Of a stretch of 64,000 nucleotides of DNA, positions 1 through 13,449 are shown one piece after another. Under the pieces are notes generated by a model, which saw nothing but the letters and a program-made list of their open reading frames with translations, was not told the DNA's origin and did not search any database. This stretch comes from Tubiluchus corallicola (Eukaryota > Animalia > Priapulida). The translations under genes and the position numbers were made by a program. The stretch covers positions 133,996-197,995 of the forward strand of contig JAQGDQ010000435.1 of assembly GCA_030141605.1 (NCBI GenBank). The letters are read 5' to 3'. The first letter of the stretch is position 1, and each line of letters opens with the position of its first letter.

Positions 1-2482
1 CTTACATAGAAGGTAAGTATTATAATAGTGCTGTTAGCGATTATATGTTCACTTATGCTATAGCCTCTTGTAGTAACGTGATAGTAAATAAAGACTAGGC
101 GTAAAAAACTAGTTATTCTTAAACTATCTGTTTTACATCACTAATTGGTACTTATTTTGTTGTTACAATTTGTACAGTGTATCACTTCTCCAGGCAACTG
201 GCATGTGACTGTCAACACACAAACTCCTACTATATAAGTTTAATCCTGCTATACAAGAATAAACAATTAAAAATGTGGTACTCAGTATTAGAATGAGGAT
301 GTTTTTCATAAATTTGCCTCGATAATAACAAGAATCAGCATAATATCTGAATACCATTCGTGAATGGTTGCTGTAGAGGTTATGTTGTCTCGGAACTAGC
401 CAATTCACCCCGTTTGGTTAGGTGCAATTATTGTCATAGATTTATTCTACTTGGACAATAGTTGTTTCGTCTTTACCAACCACTGGACATCATCCAAGAA
501 TATTTGTTTCTTTTTTTACCTTTTTCGTGAATCAGGTTCTGAAAATAGCAAAAGTTCTGTCAAAAAATGGAAATTATAAAAAACAATAATTATTCCAACG
601 CAAACTTTATTTTAGAACAATTCTCATTCGTTGGGTTTATTTAATCAGAGATTATATATTGTCGTTTCATAAGAATAACGTGAGCAACATGCATATTTGC
701 CAACAGCTAGATCCGTAGTGGTCCGTAGTAAGCCTTGACATTTTCTTCCGAAGTTCAACTGGGTCACGCAGCCAATTCGTTAGTTACAATGTATTGTTAT
801 AAACCACATTCATGACCATTCAAACGCATGTTAAATTCAAACTGAATTTACGGCGGGCGAGCCCGACTATTGATGACATCACAAACTAACATATTTTTCA
901 ACAGCAAAAATATTCCACGAGCGTGTTGCACGTGTTTGTGAAAGCGAAAATTAAAGTACAGCACTACTATAAGATATTCAGTGTGTTGCACTAAAACTAG
1001 GCACGTTTTAAGATAAAAATTCAAATATCAAATTTACCGCTGTGCTCATGCATGAGCTGTCCAACGTGTGTAGTTCGTCAGAAGCTAACTCATCTGAACT
1101 GAAAAGTACAGCACCTGTTTTTGTGCAATGTGTTTCCGAAATGTAGGCGCTAGTGTCCGTCTAACTAGCGAATGACGAAATGCATATAATAGCGAAGAAC
1201 TAATGGCGCGAAGGTGAAATTGCGTTTGTGTGGTATTAATTCTTTCACGTATGTCATTTTTGAAAAAATAGTTTCCTTTCAATATTTTAAAGAGTTGATT
1301 GTTTTGACCTACAGTTTAAGATTGCGTCCGGTTTTGCTTTAATATCATTTCTAGTTTAATACTGCGCCTGCGCACTGTTTTGTGCCTAAATCATAATTAA
1401 TTCTACGTTTAACTACATGTAACAACGCGAACAAATGAAACAATATCATGTGCTACAACGACAACAAAAATGATAAGTATCTGTAAATTAAATGGTAATT
1501 AAATCATTTGAGCTTTACTAATTATTAGCAATTAAAAGCTATAATATATGTAAGATATTGGACTGCTGTCCGCTTTTAACGGAGGCAGGACGGATGGCAC
1601 CGCGGCCTACACCGTGCGGCATGTCTCAATTAAGTCGCTCAACGCCAAACCAGAACAGAACCCGAATAATAAAGTCGAAATGACAATTTATTACTAAATA
1701 TTACAAATAGCTTACCTAAAAGAACGGAGTTTGCGGCAAAGCCTGTGAAATGTGAACAGAGCTGCGATGAAAGACACGACCACTGACAAGGATCTACGGC
1801 AGACCTTCCCTTTTTATAAGCTCAGGTATGCACGTGTCTAGTGGCTTTTACTAACACGCACACCTGAGAACTCTACTGTATTCCCCTGCCAGCATTACAC
1901 TTCATCTCATCACAGCCCTGCAGTACAATATTAAATAATTTATTAAATTTATTAAAAAAGTAAATAAAAACATTGAATACGTGGAAATGGTTTATTTCTT
2001 AAACCGTTTTCAACCACATTCAAAGCGATTTGAGTGTTTTCATGTCAGCCTAAATGTTTTCAAAATATTTTCACCAAACGGGGTTTAAAACCAGTAAATT
2101 GAAAACGTTTTCAAATCATTTTGTACTAAAATCGTTTGAGCAGCATGATGTTGGCTGGCTGGATAAACCTGTGAAACGGCTTTTTTTCAATTAAATTCAG
2201 TTCTATTCACCTTTTATTTCAGCATTAAAATTGCCATGTAATTGACTAAAAAAGATAAATTACTACACATGCACTGCACAAACACACAAAATACTAATTC
2301 TGCCAACTACATGCAACAATAATAAAAAAATCTACCACACCAAATAAGAAGAACGTCCGTCCTAAAAAATTTTGAAGTATAATCGCACGTGAGAGTCATT
2401 AGCAATATTCAGATTGCCTATTCAGGTTGCTTGTGACTTAATTTAAAAAAAGAAAGCAACAATAATTTGACGATCATTTTAG

Positions 2483-4159
2483 ACGAATGCTACGAAGTGG
2501 AGTTTCCTACACCGAGCACAACTGACTACATTCAGATAGATGGCATTTTTTCTAACGACTTAACCTCAGCATTTTCATTTTGTGGTTGGTTGAAGACAAC
2601 GGTTGGATCAGGAAGCTATGCCCAGCATCAGCTCTGGACTTGGAACAATGGCAACGATACCATTAACTTCAGATTTTCAAATTTTCAACTACACCTTGTT
2701 TTTGAAGATGATCGAGGGTATTATAAAGAGTAAGGCATGCTTCTTTTATAACTGAGTTTAGAAATGACTATAATAATACATCAAACAAACTAGCAAAAGT
2801 TGTATAGGTCCTCAGTGCAGTTGTTGTGTGACACAGGCATCCCATACCATTACTTTTTTCAAAAAGGTTTGACACATTGGAACTGCATACTGGAATCCAG
2901 TAATGAACGGGTGTGTTACTGTGCTAATGGAGTGTGGCAGGATTGGAATCTGTCGGAATATCAAGAAGGATTCTCTAAAGTGAGAAATTAAACAGGCAGG
3001 TGGATCCAAGCTACAACAACACTTTTTTAATTGAAGAAAGCCCGATAGGCTTATATTTATTTTATCTTTTCAACTCTAGAATACAGCATCACTGCAACAT
3101 GCCCATGTTTCTGTTTTATCTAAATTTGTTCTAATATTTTTTCTCTGCCAGTTGTCCAATGTTAACAGCAAAATAACAAGTATTTGAACCCACGTACAAA
3201 GGGCGGCAACTATAAGTGTCTTTTTTGCTTTACACTAAAACCTTTCAAAAAAATTTTTAAAAAGGTAAAAACGATATATTATTACATCATGTTAACCGCT
3301 TTTGGTTGCGTGTGTCACTTTTTCATGTTAACTTCCACGTGTGGGTGCACAGACAAATTAAACATACTACTTACTACACACTACTATGTACCAAGGGAGC
3401 TCTGAATCTGTAAACTTGCACCACAGTGGTAGTATTGATGGCGCTTCCAACTGCCATCTTTACCGTCTATATTTAATTTTCTTCAGTGCGTATATAGATT
3501 CTTGTATAATTCGTTTGATGTATGGATCACCACAAATGGTGCCGTCGTCAGAGCTGTAGCCTCGAATCTTATATATATATATATAAATATATATATAGCA
3601 AGAGAATTAATATATGCGATTATAGCAGCCTTTTAGTGTACTTCCACTTTTTAGCATTAAATTAAGAATTGTGAAAACAGAAAAAAAAACAGAAAAAAAC
3701 ATCTTCACCAATAATAATGGAACCTGTGTGAGTTTTTTGTTTTGTGTTTCAGTGTCGTGAGTACTCCGGGTAATGTGGTTCATGTGCAGGATGATGAGTG
3801 GCATTTCATCTGCGTTCCATCTTGAAGGAAATTACAAGTTTCATGTTGACGCTCAGATGATTTACTCCGTGAATACAGGATATTTAACCGACTACCTCTT
3901 GCCCGTAAACAGATCTTTGTTTATAGGACAGTATGCTAAAACCTGGGGTGACAGGAGTTTCCAACTGGTAAATGCTTTCCAGGGCAAGATTGCAGGCTTT
4001 AATTTTTACGACTACATATTAAGTAATGAAGAAATCCAAGATTTGTTCTTGTATTGCTATAATAGTGGTGGGAACCTGTTGGCTTGGAGTAAAATGAAGA
4101 ATGGTTTAATGGGAGATGCAGCTGTCAGCAATGATACACCATCGTGTATCAGCTTTTAA
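2483..4159 (+). CDS. Last two exons of a pentraxin/LamG-domain protein (exons 2483-2729 and 3753-4159), with an apparent frameshift near 3817; the gene probably begins upstream of the window
   Basis: Pentraxin motifs appear in order: LTSAFSFCGWLKT, DDEWHFICV, YKFHVD, LFIGQ, FQGKIAGFNFYDYILSNEEI, GNLLAW. Splice sites: acceptor ttttAG at 2481-2482, donor GTAAGG at 2730, acceptor tttcAG at 3751-3752 (phase 2 matches). A perfect donor AAG|GTAAGT at 13-18 may belong to the preceding exon. Confidence 0.75.
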
Positions 4160-6380
4160 TGCTAAATCCCATAAGCGTTACAAAAGCTTACGATTACCAG
4201 GAATTTATAATATATTTTATACATATGCAAAATGTTTGAATGTTGACAATTAGTCCAGTTCCTTATGCATTTTCGTTATTTTTTTTTTGGAGATTTGCAA
4301 AACTATACATTTTTGGAATCGTTAGAGAATCTAAAAATGTATCTTTTCGTTTTTTTAAAACCTGCTGTGGTCATAAAAAACTGTAACACAAACCTAATAG
4401 CCATGAATTGGAGCTTACTGATACTGGCAACCTAATTATGTATGAGGTTATTGCTAATGGCCAAGATATAATAGCATGCATTGATAGAATTCAAATATTC
4501 GATTGGAAACTGCGAAAACAAAGTTACAACCCATAACGAAGATGGGGGTACCACCTGGAAAGTTGTTAAAATGTACAGCCCCGCCCTGCCCCCAACATCT
4601 TAGCCCTTTTGCCCATGTATATACATTGCTTTGTCCAGTTCACAAGGAAAGAACTAACCACTGGAACTGGAGCTTATCTTGCAGTGAATATATGACAAAA
4701 AATCATTATTTAGAAAGTGTCATTTTGAGATGGCTACCAAGCTGATTTTGAAAAAAAAGGAAAGATAATTTATATGTTGAGGCAGATCCTTAGCTTTCCA
4801 AAAATGTATAGGATATCTAATCTCCAAAATTTTTGAACGAACCAATGCATTACATACTAGACTAAACTTCTAATTGCATATCATTAGAAAATTTGGAATG
4901 CAGTGTACTTGAATAAACTATTATAGATCTATATTATAGCGATTTTATATATGTATACGAATGCAAAGCAGAAACTTAAAAATGTATGGCATATTTTAAA
5001 TGCATGGGATAGGGTATAACGAACTGCAAGGATTAATGTATTGGGAAAGAACTCTTTGGAGTTCTAGCAGATTCACTTATTAGTTAATATGCATCGCTAA
5101 ATGTTATTTTACGTTGTATTGTTAAAACACATTATTATAACTTTATTTTATTGCTTATAAATTTGTGAGCTTGCAGAGGTGATTATATCTATATTAGCTT
5201 TCTTATTTTTTGTTTAATGTTATCTAGGTCTATTAAGAATTTTCACTTTATACGGTCTTCAAAAAAGTCAGTATGTATTAGTTTTGTTTTTGATTTAGTA
5301 AAGGTATTTAAATTTGATATCTTAATGCGGAGAAGAAAGTTGGCACTTTCAGTTATTCAGTAGGACCATGCATACACCTACATTTCACATTTTTAACTCA
5401 TAATGAAAAAATATCAAAAAATAGCAAAATTTTGGAAAATGGGTTTAATTATAACCTTTTTGCGCAAGCCGGATGTACGGCAATATATTCGAGTACATTT
5501 GTATCTCGTAATTATAGCTTTTATGATCATTACACCATACCGTGTTGTAGTGGCTAATATAAATATGTTTATTACTCACATTAAGTCTGACAACCTTGTA
5601 GATCTACTATTTCCTAAAAATAAGTTGGTAGATTAAAAGATAGCACTTATTTTTTGTGATATGTTGCTGAGCAATTGGCAAAAAATATTGTTGCCACTGT
5701 TTTTGTGTACTATCATTATAATGGTCGCTTAATGTCTGTTGAGGGCTATAAGACCAGTTAGATGGCTAGACCACAAGTTTTTCAATTCTCCTCAGATCAA
5801 TAGGCCCGAGAGAAGTTAGTTGGTAGTTGGGGGGGGGGGGGTTAAAGGTCTATTTTATAATACGACTACCCAAGCACGACATCTCTTGGTTAAACAATGG
5901 ATTAGTATTTTAGCTGCTTTAATTAGTAGGCTTACTGTACATAACATTCTTAAAATCTTTTTATAACGAGGCCAATTTCATAAAGAAGCACCGTAATAAA
6001 TTTTATTAAATTTTTATTTTAAAATATGTTCTGTGCAGCAAAAATTTTGGCTTAAAGCCAAGTTTGCATTTTTTACAATTACTATGTGCTTTTTAGTTAT
6101 GTTTCTACCCGGATAAACATTTTTTGTTCTATTAAAGTTGTGAATTGTTTCTGTGACAAGGATAGCCAAAGCACTTAGGTTTTTGTAAGCGTATGCCTTC
6201 TTTATATCGCACTTCTAAATTTCTATCGATTTCCTCAAAATAAAGTTTGTCACAAGTTTAGCTTAGTTTTGTAAACACCACATTTTTAAAATCGTAAGAA
6301 TTATTTTGAAAGAAATCAATTTTGAGTCATATTTATATTAAACCAACCTAGTATTAACTGCGTAAGGTGCGGTTTGTACT

Positions 6381-6393
6381 GTTACATGGAAAC
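6381..6393 (+). promoter_or_regulatory. X-box-like (RFX) site, possible distal or alternative promoter of the first DCX-family gene
   Basis: GTTACATGGAAAC is a 13-nt variant of the RFX palindrome GTTGCCATGGCAAC. Donor-like sites follow at about 6426 and 6640. Confidence 0.3.
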
Positions 6394-7905
6394 AATGGGA
6401 AATTTCTGTGATACAGCATTTCGAGGTAAAGAATTGTTTACTTCTGGAAACCAAGCAAAATGTTGACTTCTAGCCTTACTCAGAGCGTGATCCGGATGAG
6501 ATAGATTTTTCAAAGTAATAAAAATATGACTCATCTCTTCTGGTAAAAATTTTTTTATTGCAAATTCGTATAGCTCTCAAAAATAAATCAAGCCAACAGA
6601 GAATTTAAGATTAATTGCTGTATAACAGAAAGAGTGAAGGTAAGTTTCAGCATTAGTATTTTTCTGATAAACTGAAAACGTTGAATGTGCATAATGTTTA
6701 TGAATATGTACGTCTAAAACGGTGTTTTTTATTCTGTTCAACTTCAGAAGTAAAGTTACGGGTTGGTACAAAGATTACAAGCAGTTGAAAAACAAATGGC
6801 TATTAAAGTCGGTAGAAATTAACCACAAACTATCATCTACATAACGTTACGAAATTTTTGGTCGTACTTTCAACATGTTCCCGAAATAAATATGCAAGAA
6901 CAAGGGTCAAGGGGTTTCCTACGGCCTACAAATGTTTGCTTATAAAAGTTTTTCCAAAATTGAAAAAAAGAACTCACGCAACCCAGTTCCACGTGTTTTA
7001 GAAAGCGTTCACTAGAAAAAGAAGATGAAAGTCTAGAGTTGACAATATTCTCCGAAGAAAGTTAAATGTGGGTTCCGAAGAAACATTTGTAAGAGTAACT
7101 GAACATTAAAAGAAATCTTTATTTATCATTCCACTTTATTGGCACTACATTACGAAGTTTGTCAATAACATCTAAATTATGTCCCAGGTGTGCACCCGAA
7201 AAGCTACCTAGCAACTTTGTCTGATCAGTGTTTAGCCAAGAATTTGAATAACCTACCTAGTATAACATGGTGAACCACAATTGGAAATAATTGTAGGTTT
7301 CCTGGGCTTATGAATTTTAGGCAGTCCATAAGCATAAGGTAAAGATGACAACCAAGAAATGGAACACTTTAAAATATCTTTATGATCTGAAAACTGAGAA
7401 ATAATAACATTTTCTGTTAAATGAAGCTTGCATATCCTGAAACTGATTTTTGCTCACCTTTTGTTAACAGAACCGTCATTAAGAATATCATCCATCTTAT
7501 GATCGTAAACTGATTTCCATGCGGTGCATTTCTTTTGCTTTTGGCAGATAAATGTTATGAATTAATATACAGATGACATGAAGTCCTCCACTGGTGGCGT
7601 CTTCACAAATTTTTAGTTTTTTACAGTGCGTTCGGAAAAGTAGAGGGATCAATAGCAAAATATGCTAAATCTCTATTAATTATTACGGATTATGAATTAT
7701 GAAATAACGAATGCTAAGAATTCAAATAATATTGCTAAACATAAGCTTTGTGACAAAGACAACAATGGTCATTTTCTTTTCGTTTCCGTTTTTCTTTTGG
7801 AACAAACATCTCACGAAAATCTTAAGCCCATGTTCACGGCAGTTACTTTTTTGGTTTTTTAACTGAAATTACAAAAGACAAATGAAATAGCGGAGAGGTC
7901 ACAGA

Positions 7906-7919
7906 GTACGCTTAGCAAC
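7906..7919 (+). promoter_or_regulatory. Degenerate X-box-like site upstream of the putative 5' UTR exon of the 1-DCX gene
   Basis: GTACGCTTAGCAAC has a good right half-site (AGCAAC) and an imperfect left half. Donor GTAAGT at 8089 and acceptor at 8323-8324 precede the ATG at 8454. Confidence 0.3.
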
Positions 7920-8453
7920 CGAAGCTAAGCAAAGCTGGTCCTGCTCTGTAAGTGAATGGAAGTCTGCTTGGAAAACTGTCTCTGAATAGTTTGCACACAT
8001 TCCCTTAAATCAGAGGATGACCAAGACACCTTTGCCCGGTACTGTGTCTCATCGTAACAGAAATAGTTTTTTATAAAAACAACGTTCGGTAAGTATACTC
8101 TCTCCAAAAAGAAGGTTCTTAGCTTTCGCTGAATACCATACTGAACGCAAGACGAAATCCAGCATTAATAGCAAGTTCTAGACCTACTAATATAGGCCTA
8201 ATTTAATGGTTTTAATTGGATAGGAATCTAGCTAATTATCGGGGATAATTCTGCAAGTCTTGTCAGCTTTGTTTTAGTCAAGCCAATATTCTCAAATTTC
8301 TTTGTTCTCACCAATGAATTACAGGTCATTAATCTTGGAAAAAAGTGACTAAGCGAAGCTACGAAAAATGGAATCAGTAATTCTGAGCAAAACAAGCTAC
8401 ATCAACGTCTCTAATCCAACCTTTTCAACTTCGAAGAATTGAGAAAGCCAAAC

Positions 8454-9614
8454 ATGGCAGAGCAGGACGCACTCTTACCAGTGGTCAAGCACAGCAAAAC
8501 TGGACAGTTAGTTCCATCACGAGTGAATCGCATTCCGGAACCCATTCCAGTTTTCGTGTACAGGAATGGAGACAAATTCTTCACACCTATTAAACTGATA
8601 TTTCATCAACATGAAACGCTAGAGATGATTTTGCAAATTATTTCCAAAAAGATTTCGTTAACTCGTGGTCATGTTGACCAGCTGTACCAGATTGCCGATG
8701 GTTCCCTGATAACGGATGAGAAAATGTTGAAATCCTGGGATCGTTTAGCGGCTGCTACAATGCATGAAGAGTTCCAAAACGTTAAATATGTATCACCACA
8801 GCTAAAGAAAAACATCAAGGACCCTCATCGTCTGGAAAAACTGAAAGCCGAGCATTTTAAGGTGTCCAAGGGAATCGTTGTTGGAAAATCCAAGAAGCGG
8901 CATTCGCTTCCCGCAGAGCCCTTCTCTAAAAGGGATATAACTGTCCAGCAAAAATCACAGAGACCAAAAGCAGAGGATGACGACGATGATTTTGTGGCGT
9001 TCAGGAAAGTTATAACATCTAGAAGACGGCATACATTTCATGGAGATACTTTCGCCATGCACGACGCCATGGAACTGTTACAAAGCTCAATAGCAAAAGG
9101 TGGTAAACTGGAGAAGCTAGATGAACTTGATGAAACCCCTATATATTTGCAAGATGAACTTCAAACAAAAAGTCTGACTGAAGTGACTCAAAAGGGCAGT
9201 GAAAAAGCGAAAAGTTCTGCCAAGAAGAATTTGGAGACAATGAAAATGTCACGGCGCTTAACAGCAACAGATAGTAAACTGGAGAAGTTGGACGAATACG
9301 ATGAAAGTCCTGTATATAAAGAAGACGAATTTCAAACAAAAAGGGCTACTGATGTGACTGAAAAGGACAGCGAAGAAGCAAAAAATTCTGGATTTGAAAA
9401 ATCAAAAAATGCTCACATTATCTTCTACGGGAGCACCGAGGATCTTGACGAATGGTACAAGTCACAACTGCAACCAGTGGGCTCGTGGACGTGGTGGAAT
9501 ACGTGTTACGACAGATCAAGTAAATGGCACAAATGGATCGATGCCTACTTGAGGTCAACCCGTAAACACGCGAAAGATCTATGTTGCCCCAAAACAGGGG
9601 CACATGAAAATTAG
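8454..9614 (+). CDS. Single DCX-like domain protein, 386 aa, with an internal duplication and a Trp-rich C-terminal motif (family member A)
   Basis: ATG in good context (aacATGg). DCX-like pattern VFVYRNGDKFF...TLEMILQIISKKISL..GHVDQLY...DG..I......L....AA...EEF....Y. The N-terminus, post-DCX linker and C-terminus align with the protein at 14253-19433. Confidence 0.85.
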   Translation: MAEQDALLPVVKHSKTGQLVPSRVNRIPEPIPVFVYRNGDKFFTPIKLIFHQHETLEMILQIISKKISLTRGHVDQLYQIADGSLITDEKMLKSWDRLAAATMHEEFQNVKYVSPQLKKNIKDPHRLEKLKAEHFKVSKGIVVGKSKKRHSLPAEPFSKRDITVQQKSQRPKAEDDDDDFVAFRKVITSRRRHTFHGDTFAMHDAMELLQSSIAKGGKLEKLDELDETPIYLQDELQTKSLTEVTQKGSEKAKSSAKKNLETMKMSRRLTATDSKLEKLDEYDESPVYKEDEFQTKRATDVTEKDSEEAKNSGFEKSKNAHIIFYGSTEDLDEWYKSQLQPVGSWTWWNTCYDRSSKWHKWIDAYLRSTRKHAKDLCCPKTGAHEN

Positions 9615-10014
9615 ATTGTTTGCAGCTCAGTAAAAATAGCTACAACGAAAATTATTATTTACTTGTACGCCTAGCGAAAGTTAAGAAACTGATGACACTT
9701 AATGGATTTTGTTACTGTATAATAATAATTATGTTCTTATATATCAGTTATCTATTTAATTTTTACGTTTGCACACATTTGTGCTGTGCATTAAAATTTA
9801 AATATTATATAATCATACTATTTTTTAATCATGACATTTGCCCGTATACATAACCGACATACATAAGGCAACAAAGTTAATGTAGAAGATTGCAGCAGAA
9901 TAATAAAGAAGAAATTGTTAAATCCACGACCAAATTCAAATGAGTAGAGGCACATGGACACAGAATGACGTCATTTTATATGTCAGTATTGCATTATTTT
10001 TCTGTCGTTATTTC

Positions 10015-10028
10015 GTTACTAAGACAAC
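10015..10028 (+). promoter_or_regulatory. X-box-like (RFX) site upstream of the putative first exon of family member B
   Basis: GTTACTAAGACAAC fits a 14-bp X-box layout. Donor GTGAGT at 10075 and a strong acceptor ttttttttcAG at 11000-11001 precede the ATG at 11231. Confidence 0.4.
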
Positions 10029-11230
10029 AGTTTCTATGCAGTGCGATCAAAAATACTAGAAGAAGCCAACTACAGTGAGTATAGTAAATCGATTACAGAT
10101 ATTTTCGAAAAAAAAATCCTGAAAACATGCCCATGCACGCATTTACGCACACGCGCATTTCCGCTCAGATAATAGAAAATAAACCAAACAAACGAACAGA
10201 ACAATCACGGTTGTAGTTTTTGTGTTTTTGTGTTTTTTGTTTATTTCAAAACAGATATTAAAATTTTTAGCCCTGCATATCCGGCAAGCACAGAGACTAA
10301 ATGGTTCGTTATGTGAAGTTACAAACAGAAAGCATGAATTCATTGAGTATTTGTTTCGAAGCGTTGCAATTTTACTAGCATGACAGCATTTCCTATTACA
10401 CAGTTTTGGGTGCTGAAGAAGACCAGAAGTGATCAAACTATCTATCCAGGAATAAACTCCCAACAAAAATTAATGACTTTTATGTTTATATACTTTTTGG
10501 GAAAGTTGGCTAGTGGACAAAAAAAATAAGTCCCTCTTAAAAATGCTATAGGACCTAAGAATCTTTATCCAATTTGTATGTAAATTTAACACGGTAAAGT
10601 GACATTTATGTAGCACCCCTAATGCGAATGAGTTATGAGGGGTTATGGAATAAATAAAATCGGTTTATATTGTTTTCAATGCAGCCGTTTGTCAGACCTG
10701 CGTTATGCGACATTTTCTTCTGCGGGTATTTCCTATTGATTTTTTTTATTTCGCAGCTATTCCGCAGCTAGATAACACATTCCGGATGCTACACAAACGC
10801 TACTTAAAACAGAAATTTTTCCACACTTATCCGCCGTTATTGCTAAGAAAGTCGAAAAAATAAACATTTTCTGCTTGATTTTGACATTTAACCTATAAAA
10901 ATGAGAAAAACTAGATACTTCCTATGAAGTACTGTCTTAATGGACGCGTTAATTCATTTTATTTTATTTACTCATTTATTTTACTTTTGTTTTTTTTTCA
11001 GATTTCCAAATTCTTTTCTTCTCTCATGTATCTCAGTGGAATCACTCTTCCTTAGCATTTTATCAACGCCTGATCTTGACTACTTCTTATTGGGAAACTT
11101 ACAGAAAATCGGGAAGGTGGCAACAATAAAACTTTAGCAGTCGGTAAACGAGGAATTCGATTGTGTACGTTACGTACGCACCGCTAGTGAAACACATTAC
11201 GAAATTCCGCTAGTCAAGCAGGGAACGAAA

Positions 11231-11572
11231 ATGTCGACTAATGGCGCAGGAACACAGGCATCAGAGCAAAGCAAAGAGTTTACTGATATAAGAGAGACTG
11301 GGGAGAAATCAGTAAAAGAAAGCGACAAAAACACTGCTGAGGCTACAACCGTGCAGTTAGATAAGGAAAAAGTGGTCGCCTCCAGCGGCTCTACTCAAAA
11401 ATACAGCCGCCCCTTTTTCTATGGAAGCAGTGAAGACCTAAGAGACCTTTATAAAACGCAAAAATTTGCAGTGGGCTCATGGACGTGGTGGGACGTACGC
11501 AATGAAAAAGAGATGACTAGCGATTGGCAGAAAAAACATGAAATCTTCTGTATGTTGAAGAAACCAAAATAG
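11231..11572 (+). CDS. 113-aa protein made of a low-complexity N-terminus plus the shared Trp-rich C-terminal motif, with no DCX domain (family member B)
   Basis: FFYGSSEDLRDLYKTQKFAVGSWTWW...W..KH aligns with the C-termini of both flanking DCX proteins. ATG context aaaATG and an upstream splice acceptor are present. Confidence 0.75.
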   Translation: MSTNGAGTQASEQSKEFTDIRETGEKSVKESDKNTAEATTVQLDKEKVVASSGSTQKYSRPFFYGSSEDLRDLYKTQKFAVGSWTWWDVRNEKEMTSDWQKKHEIFCMLKKPK

Positions 11573-12452
11573 GAGAAGAAATTGGAGTGGTTTTGTATTA
11601 TCTGCATACATTAAGTTATTTATTAAATCTTGTTTTGGTTTAGCATAGGCTTAATACTTTGATTAATTTTAGTGTCGTTACTATTATTTGACAAATTACT
11701 GCTATACATAGTAACATTTTACATTAAACAAAGTTAAATGTATTTTGTGTGATAATGGTAAACCGTTTAAGATTTTTTTTCATTTTTGAATAGCCTTTAA
11801 TTGCTATGAATTTCTAAAGCGCATGTATTTACCAAAGGTCCATAGTTCATAAGAGAAAAATTCATAACAGAAAAAAAATAACACTAAAGTACTTATTCTG
11901 TTTGATGGCACTTTAAAATAATTGGTTAATGCCAACTTTTACTCTTTCCATAATTGATAGGCTTCACAGCAGTTACTTAATTGATATAAGATGCCATGAT
12001 AATTTGAAATTGTTACTTTGTTGCTAAGTCAACATACACTAACTCAAGCGCACATCTCTCATTCTGCCTCCAGGAGCACCTCTCCCCCTTCACTCCAATG
12101 GAACAACATTTTGATTGCATCACTACGTGACAGGCATTTTTGCAGCTAGTCACGCTTGCTTATTATTGTTGTTGTTGTTGTTGTTGTTATCGCACATTCT
12201 TTTGCGATTTTTAATTTAATTTATCATAATAAAAATAACATGTGCTGCCACCTACAGTTAACATTATTTATTTGAGTCAAGTTTAATCCAGTTTGTGGAC
12301 TTGGTCTGTACTGCTCAGTCACCTGCACCTCATGGTGTGTTCTAACTACCAGCTGTAAACCAGCCTATAGCAGTCTAATATTCTTCAAGTTCTACAAAGA
12401 CAATACTCCCTTCCATGCTGTTTGCTATAAAAGCTTTCTACCATTAATATGC

Positions 12453-12528
<76 letters not shown>

Positions 12529-12547
12529 GTATTATTATCATCATCAC

Positions 12548-12579
<32 letters not shown>
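12453..12579. repeat. Compound microsatellite (TAT)n-(CAT)n
   Basis: Read directly from the sequence. Confidence 0.95.
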
Positions 12580-13126
12580 CCAACACTCTATTATCCTAGA
12601 GCAAAATGTTTGTGTTAAGTGGTAAAAACTATTATTTTAATTAATAGTATTTTCCTCTTCTTAAGCTGAATTTAAATTTTGACATGTTTTCTTTTTTGTT
12701 CAGATGCTTTTGATATTAACCTGCATATTGTTTATGAATTTTGCTTTTAATATTATTGCCTTTATTTGATTTACATAAGTTATTTTCCATATGGCTTTTT
12801 TTCATTTGCTTGCAATCTTAGCTTTCTATTAGTTTTTTAAAATTTTGGATTTTTATTGTCTTTTATTGCTTTAATTTTCTTTTATATTCTCCTTTTTGGC
12901 TGTGCATCATATAACTTTTTTTTTCAATTGCTTGTATTTTTATAGCATCATTTTTAACATGTTAAATCTTTTTGCTTTGTTTCATTATTTTAAGTTCTTT
13001 TCAGATTGCAATCTTGGCTTTTTTGTGCTTCTGCTTTTTGTCTTTATGTATTAAGTCACAATGTTTGTATTATACATGCAACCAGGAACTTGTAAAATCG
13101 CTTTTCTGACTCATGTTAAATAAATA

Positions 13127-13350
13127 TCTTCTCTTCTCTTCTCTTCTCTTCTCTTCTCTTCTCTTCTCTTCTCTTCTCTTCTCTTCTCTTCTCTTCTCTT
13201 CTCTTCTCTTCTCTTCTCTTCTCTTCTCTTCTCTTCTCTTCTCTTCTCTTGCCTTGCCTTGCCTTGCCTTGCCTTGCCTTGCCTTGCCTTGCCTTGCCTT
13301 GCCTTGCCTTGTCTTTTGTCTTGTCTTGTCTTTTGTCTTGTCTTGTCTTG
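13127..13350. repeat. Compound pentanucleotide microsatellite (CTTCT)n-(CCTTG)n-(TCTTG)n
   Basis: Read directly from the sequence. It explains the REEKR/LLFSS ORFs in the track. Confidence 0.95.
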
Positions 13351-13434
13351 CAGCTGCCCAAATCTTCGTGTACGGTAACACTTTTAACATGGGATTTACT
13401 TCGTGCTCTCAGTTTTCTATCCTGTGTTTAAACA

Positions 13435-13449
13435 GTCGCCCATGGCAAC
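13435..13449 (+). promoter_or_regulatory. RFX X-box upstream of the putative first (non-coding) exon of the 18-DCX gene
   Basis: GTCGCC-CAT-GGCAAC matches the RFX consensus GTNRCC(N0-3)RGYAAC. A second half-site GTTGCTAT lies at 13481. Donor GTAAGT at 13572 and acceptor ttttAG at 14131-14132 precede the ATG at 14253. Confidence 0.55.

Noticed and set aside
1880-2165. AT-rich stretch with recurring AAACGTTTT-like motifs and weak inverted ends
   Set aside because: It may be an old MITE, but I could not define convincing TIRs or a target-site duplication.
2800-2991. 63-aa ORF inside the pentraxin intron that is phase-compatible with the upstream exon
   Set aside because: The acceptor is weak (no pyrimidine tract), and its donor would join the next exon out of frame. 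The genuine WHFICV motif lies in the 3753 exon. RNA-seq could still reveal it as a minor exon.
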